Shown here: one piece after another, positions 16,509 to 20,000 of the stretch
How the letters are laid out: each line of letters starts with the position of its first letter
Numbering within the stretch: position 1 is the first letter of the stretch
Origin: an uncultured virus (IMG/VR IMGVR_UViG_3300042887_002641)
Lineage: Duplodnaviria > Heunggongvirae > Uroviricota > Caudoviricetes
Strand: one strand, 5' to 3'
IMG/VR virus record: IMGVR_UViG_3300042887_002641
Span: 54,913 to 74,912 of that record
DNA length: 20,000 bases
The notes under the pieces: model-generated
What the model saw: only the letters and a program-made list of their open reading frames with translations
What the model was told of the DNA's origin: nothing
Database searches by the model: none
Program-made: the position numbers and the translations under genes

Positions 16509-18416
16509 TTATTTAATATCGAATGCGATCTTGTCTTTGCCGTTATGAAGATAGTTTAGCATTTTTTGAGTACCTATGTGAGGCAAGAAAGCTATTTCAA
16601 AATACCCCTGATGGTCTCCATATCCTTCTAGCCACAGCAAGCTATCCATTTGAGGAATATATTCTATAATTCTATGGACATAAGGATTACCTTCGATGAT
16701 AGAGAAATAATCTTTCTTAGTGGCGAAGTATAGATTATGGTCAGGATAGGTTTCTTTTATTGACTCAAGAAGAGCGGTACAGAGATAAATATCTCCAATG
16801 CTTTCTGGCATTACAAAAAGAATTCTCTTTCCTTTGTCATTAGGATCTAGAATTTCTTCAAAATCAATTTTCCTATTTTTTTGATTTTCTTGTGCGGCTA
16901 CTTGGCGGAAATAGTTTTCAACATTCTGGCGGCTTTCTCCTTCAGAAAGTTTTTTCATCCAATGCTTGTATCCATCATCATTCTGATTGACCTGCTTCAT
17001 CTTCAGAATATTATGATACATGAAGATTAGCCATTCTCCATTATCGGTAATATTTGGGACGCTGGCATTAGGGTCTTTTTCTTCTTCCTTCAAGGAGAAG
17101 TCATAAGATGTGAAAGGAATAGAGTCGATATACTGTTCGAACATCTTTCCAATAACAGGAACAGAATAGTTTTCTATAGCCCATTTTCTAGCCTTTTGAC
17201 CCATTTGTCTCTTTTCAGACTCTGGCATCTTGTAGACATGATACAACTGTTTTGCTATAGACTGAGGATAAGTAGAAGCTTTTCTAAACTGAGTGCCATG
17301 CTCTCTATACTCTGACCATTCAAGAGCAATAGAAGCAGCATCAGGGTGACACATATCTTCTCCGCAACTATAGTTAGTTACTAAAGTTACAAGCTCACAA
17401 TATTTTGCTTCTTGGATTGGAATCTCTTGTCCGCCGCTAGTAAACGGATGACAATAAACATCCATCAAATTATAAACCTCACACAACTGTTCTTCGGTTA
17501 CACCAAATCCAGTATTTGTTGTAGAACAGCTTTTATCAGAATTACAAGATGGACACTTTAATTCTTGGCCTTGAAAAGGCGTAATGAAGTAATTTTTACA
17601 TTTATTGCAAACATAAGTCGTATAGATATCTTTTTTATCTATTTGATATTCGTCTGCAAGCTTATGAATATCCCAGCCTTCGCCCCAATGAGTATGGAGT
17701 AATAGCTTTGCGTTTTTTACATCGGGATGATTTTTAGTAAAGTCTCTAAAACCTTCTAACAGGTTAGGTACAGACTTGCGAAGTTGATTTCTAAATACGA
17801 AACCGACAATAAAAGAATCACTAAGACCAAAACGTGCCTTAAGTTGCTTCTTTTTCTCGGCTCCCAAATAACTAAATTTAGAATGATTTACTGGACCATG
17901 CATGGTTCTGGCATTATTGATGCCAATTTTATGCATTTCTTTTGTAGCAAACTCACTCCAGATCCAGTATTGAGAAGACTTTTTTGCTTGATTTATTGCT
18001 TCATCATAGATCGGAAGAGAATCAAGGGTAACCCAAAGAAGAGAAGTGATATTCTTATACCAGTGTTTATTATAGTATTGAGTGAAAGCCCAAGGATCTT
18101 GCGCTCCAATCCAAATATCAGGCTTCTCTTCCTTGATTACTTGATCAATATAATAAGATCCATAGGATACATCTCTAGCGAGGGCGGGATCAGCATTTAT
18201 CCTATTGATCTCATTGGGATCGGTAGGGACACTTCCAAGACTCTTCCAAGGAGTCTTGGATAAAGCGGGAGAACCCACTTGGGTTCCCCCGCAGTAATGG
18301 ATAATATCATACTTACCAGTGTTATACAGGTAAGAGACTAGTTCCTTCGCTGCCCTACCGAATCCAGTTTTAGCGAGGCACCAATCCGTTTGAATTACTA
18401 TCTTTTTCTTTCGCAT
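16509..18416 (-). CDS. GT4-like (GT-B) glycosyltransferase with Cys-rich insert, small helical domain and C-terminal GT9 N-half
   Basis: KTGFGRAAKEL; FIVGFVFRNQLRKSVPNLLEGF; YNLMDVYCHPFTSGGQEIPIQEA; MGQKARKWA; C-terminal RILFVMPESIGDIYL...IEGNPYVHRII. Confidence 0.85.
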   Translation of the reverse strand: MRKKKIVIQTDWCLAKTGFGRAAKELVSYLYNTGKYDIIHYCGGTQVGSPALSKTPWKSLGSVPTDPNEINRINADPALARDVSYGSYYIDQVIKEEKPDIWIGAQDPWAFTQYYNKHWYKNITSLLWVTLDSLPIYDEAINQAKKSSQYWIWSEFATKEMHKIGINNARTMHGPVNHSKFSYLGAEKKKQLKARFGLSDSFIVGFVFRNQLRKSVPNLLEGFRDFTKNHPDVKNAKLLLHTHWGEGWDIHKLADEYQIDKKDIYTTYVCNKCKNYFITPFQGQELKCPSCNSDKSCSTTNTGFGVTEEQLCEVYNLMDVYCHPFTSGGQEIPIQEAKYCELVTLVTNYSCGEDMCHPDAASIALEWSEYREHGTQFRKASTYPQSIAKQLYHVYKMPESEKRQMGQKARKWAIENYSVPVIGKMFEQYIDSIPFTSYDFSLKEEEKDPNASVPNITDNGEWLIFMYHNILKMKQVNQNDDGYKHWMKKLSEGESRQNVENYFRQVAAQENQKNRKIDFEEILDPNDKGKRILFVMPESIGDIYLCTALLESIKETYPDHNLYFATKKDYFSIIEGNPYVHRIIEYIPQMDSLLWLEGYGDHQGYFEIAFLPHIGTQKMLNYLHNGKDKIAFDIK

Positions 18417-19000
18417 TAGAATACGAGTTCTTCTGCTTGAGCCTCTGCTTCAGTTTGGGCAGCAGTTTGATTTAGTTGAATTTTATTATAAGCTGGCTTC
18501 TTTGGGGCTTCCTCTTCTTGAGCCTCCTTTGGGGCTGAAGCGGCTTTGTCTTGAGCATAGAAAGAGTTTCTGATAAACTCTTGCAAGAACTCTTTGACGA
18601 GAATTGCTTCTGCAAAAGTGAAGCCAATCAAAAAGCTAACCTTATTAACTGAATCTCCCTTTTGCTCCTTTGAGGCATTGAAAGAAAATCCAATCTGATT
18701 ATTGTCTCTGAGATACGGGCAGAATTTGCCCATTGCATTTGAGTTAGGAGCGGTATGATAGAACTTGTACTCAGCATTTCTGTTGATTGCATCTACGATA
18801 CCTGCTGCTTCGACTGCATTAAACTTTAATACAGTAGTCTTCTCTGGGTTCTTTGCGTTCTCACGAAAAGACCCAAGCTTCTTGGCTTCGTTCCAAGAGT
18901 GCTGCTTGATAAAATTAACAAACAAAGAGGTATCCTTCGTTTGAAAAGAGCAAGCGGTTCCAGTTACTTTTGCATTTCCCTTATAAAATTGTAGGTTCAT
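18416..19000 (-). CDS. Putative ssDNA-binding protein, Whirly/PC4-like fold, with acidic C-terminal tail
   Basis: Duplicated beta4-alpha pattern with FYKG.A, KFNAVEAAGI, KFYH..P, GFSFNAS, FTFAEAILV; low-complexity linker ending EAEAQAEELVF; directly downstream of dnaE. Confidence 0.6.
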   Translation of the reverse strand: MNLQFYKGNAKVTGTACSFQTKDTSLFVNFIKQHSWNEAKKLGSFRENAKNPEKTTVLKFNAVEAAGIVDAINRNAEYKFYHTAPNSNAMGKFCPYLRDNNQIGFSFNASKEQKGDSVNKVSFLIGFTFAEAILVKEFLQEFIRNSFYAQDKAASAPKEAQEEEAPKKPAYNKIQLNQTAAQTEAEAQAEELVF

Positions 19001-19009
19001 TCAGACATT

Positions 19010-19038
19010 ATTTTGCCTGAAAAAACGTGATTTATCAA
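19010..19038 (-). promoter_or_regulatory. Candidate sigma70-type promoter TTGATA-N17-CAAAAT
   Basis: -35 at 19038-19033 (contains the dnaE TGA stop), 17-nt spacer, imperfect -10 at 19015-19010, ATG 9 nt downstream; same -35 hexamer as at 15360. Confidence 0.4.
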
Positions 19039-20000
19039 TTATTTTTTTCGGCTTTTAATTGGGAAAGCTTAGTGTAAACTGTATGAGTTTGAATGGCGAC
19101 AAGTCTTGCAAATACAGAGTCTCCAAACTTCTGTCCAGTAACGATAACGATATCTTCTTCTTTTGGCATTCTATTATTCAGATTCTGCATATCATCGATC
19201 TTGTCAGAGAAGATCATGACGTTGACTGATGCAGTTTCATCTGAGATTTGCATCTTGAAGTATCTAGTCTTCTTCTCTCTTGAAACTCCTGACTTACACT
19301 CTTGAATAACTCCAATAAATGAGACTTCATCTTTCTCGGCAAAGTCCGCGATGTCTTTAATGTAAACTAGATCATCTTTCTTTGAAATAAAAACTTCTCT
19401 CAGTTTATTTCTGACGCTATATCCAATAATAGAATTCTCATAAAACCAATTAGCAAAACTCTCTGACTTGCTATTGATTTCATAGATCTTTTTATAGGGA
19501 TCTGCTTTGGTTCGCAGGGTCTGAAGTCTTGATTCTTTAATATAAGGTTTGCCTTGAACATCCTTATTGTCCTTCATGTGCATAAGGATTTTAACTAAGT
19601 CATAATCAAAAGTCTCACCAAATAGCTTTGCATTAATCTTCTCCTTATTAGTTAAGACGTTCCAAAGCTGGGCTTCATATACTATTTTACTTCTAGACTG
19701 CTTGAAGTCACCATCCAAAGCACCAGCTTGAATCAAGGCGCAAAGGACTCCAATATTCAGATTGGCTTGAGATGCAGTCTCAAAGATGTCGAACTTGTTT
19801 TGAAATTCTTTTCTGAACTCATTAACAGCTTTGACAGTCTTCTCGCTGATTCCTTTAACAGACAGAAGTCCAAAACGAATATTCTCGCCTTCAATACAGA
19901 ACTCTTCTTTTGATTTTAATAGATGAGGGGGAAGAAGTTTAATATTGAAATACACAAGTTCCTTTTCAATTTTAGAAATTTCTCCAATTGGATCTGGTTC
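19035..20000 (-). CDS. dnaE: DNA polymerase III alpha subunit (family C), C-terminal part; 5' end beyond the window
   Basis: Frame is open to 20000 (EPDPIGEISKIEKELVYFNIKLLPPH...). LLPP..LKS..F.IEGENIRFGLLSVKGIS (HhH), ALIQAGALD, E..IIGY, and an OB-fold with ISDETASVNVMIF. Confidence 0.9.
   Translation of the reverse strand, partial: EPDPIGEISKIEKELVYFNIKLLPPHLLKSKEEFCIEGENIRFGLLSVKGISEKTVKAVNEFRKEFQNKFDIFETASQANLNIGVLCALIQAGALDGDFKQSRSKIVYEAQLWNVLTNKEKINAKLFGETFDYDLVKILMHMKDNKDVQGKPYIKESRLQTLRTKADPYKKIYEINSKSESFANWFYENSIIGYSVRNKLREVFISKKDDLVYIKDIADFAEKDEVSFIGVIQECKSGVSREKKTRYFKMQISDETASVNVMIFSDKIDDMQNLNNRMPKEEDIVIVTGQKFGDSVFARLVAIQTHTVYTKLSQLKAEKNN

Noticed and set aside
15263..19913. Plus-strand ORFs 15263..15454, 17784..18263, 19093..19305, 19728..19913
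   Set aside because: Antisense to the GT, annealase-like and dnaE genes; no independent support.
19953..19955. ORF-track start of the 306-aa DnaE ORF as a true start (stand-alone or split DnaE)
   Set aside because: It is an internal GTG (Val). The frame stays open to the window edge, so a split cannot be judged here.
1..20000. Stop-codon reassignment as in some large phages
   Set aside because: Coding density is near complete in the standard code, and TAA, TAG (3167, 15335) and TGA (19035) all end genes at sensible boundaries.
1..20000. CRISPR array, tRNA/rRNA, IS element, intron/intein, DGR repeats
   Set aside because: No intergenic space above about 60 bp, and no spaced repeats or transposase, RT or intein motifs were seen by eye. 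A self dot-plot would be needed to exclude diverged repeats.

Overview
AT-rich, gene-dense segment of a large tailed dsDNA phage genome in the standard genetic code, with three blocks. (1) Minus strand, 6345 to <1: a lambda-type tail-tip operon, M-L-K-K-I-J. It has two tandem gpK (JAB + NlpC/P60) genes. The gpJ-like gene (>815 aa) runs off the window and is missing from the ORF track. (2) Plus strand, 6403-14626, divergent from block 1 across a 57-bp spacer with an inverted GTGTAA(A)TAATAA motif: three paralogous tail-tube-like genes and an 1836-aa IPT/TIG + LamG virion protein. (3) Minus strand, >20000 to 14627: the C-terminal part of DnaE, a protein resembling plant Whirly ssDNA-binding proteins with an SSB-like acidic tail, a GT4 glycosyltransferase fused to the N-half of a GT9, the GT9 C-half as the next gene, and a Rad52/Sak-like annealing protein. 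Most notable: the Whirly-like SSB; the duplicated gpK with matching I-[RK]-G-x-GGGGG motifs in gpI and the gpJ N-terminus; and a split GT9 next to virion proteins enriched in Ser-Gly/Thr-Gly. All family assignments come from motif recognition by eye, not database searches.
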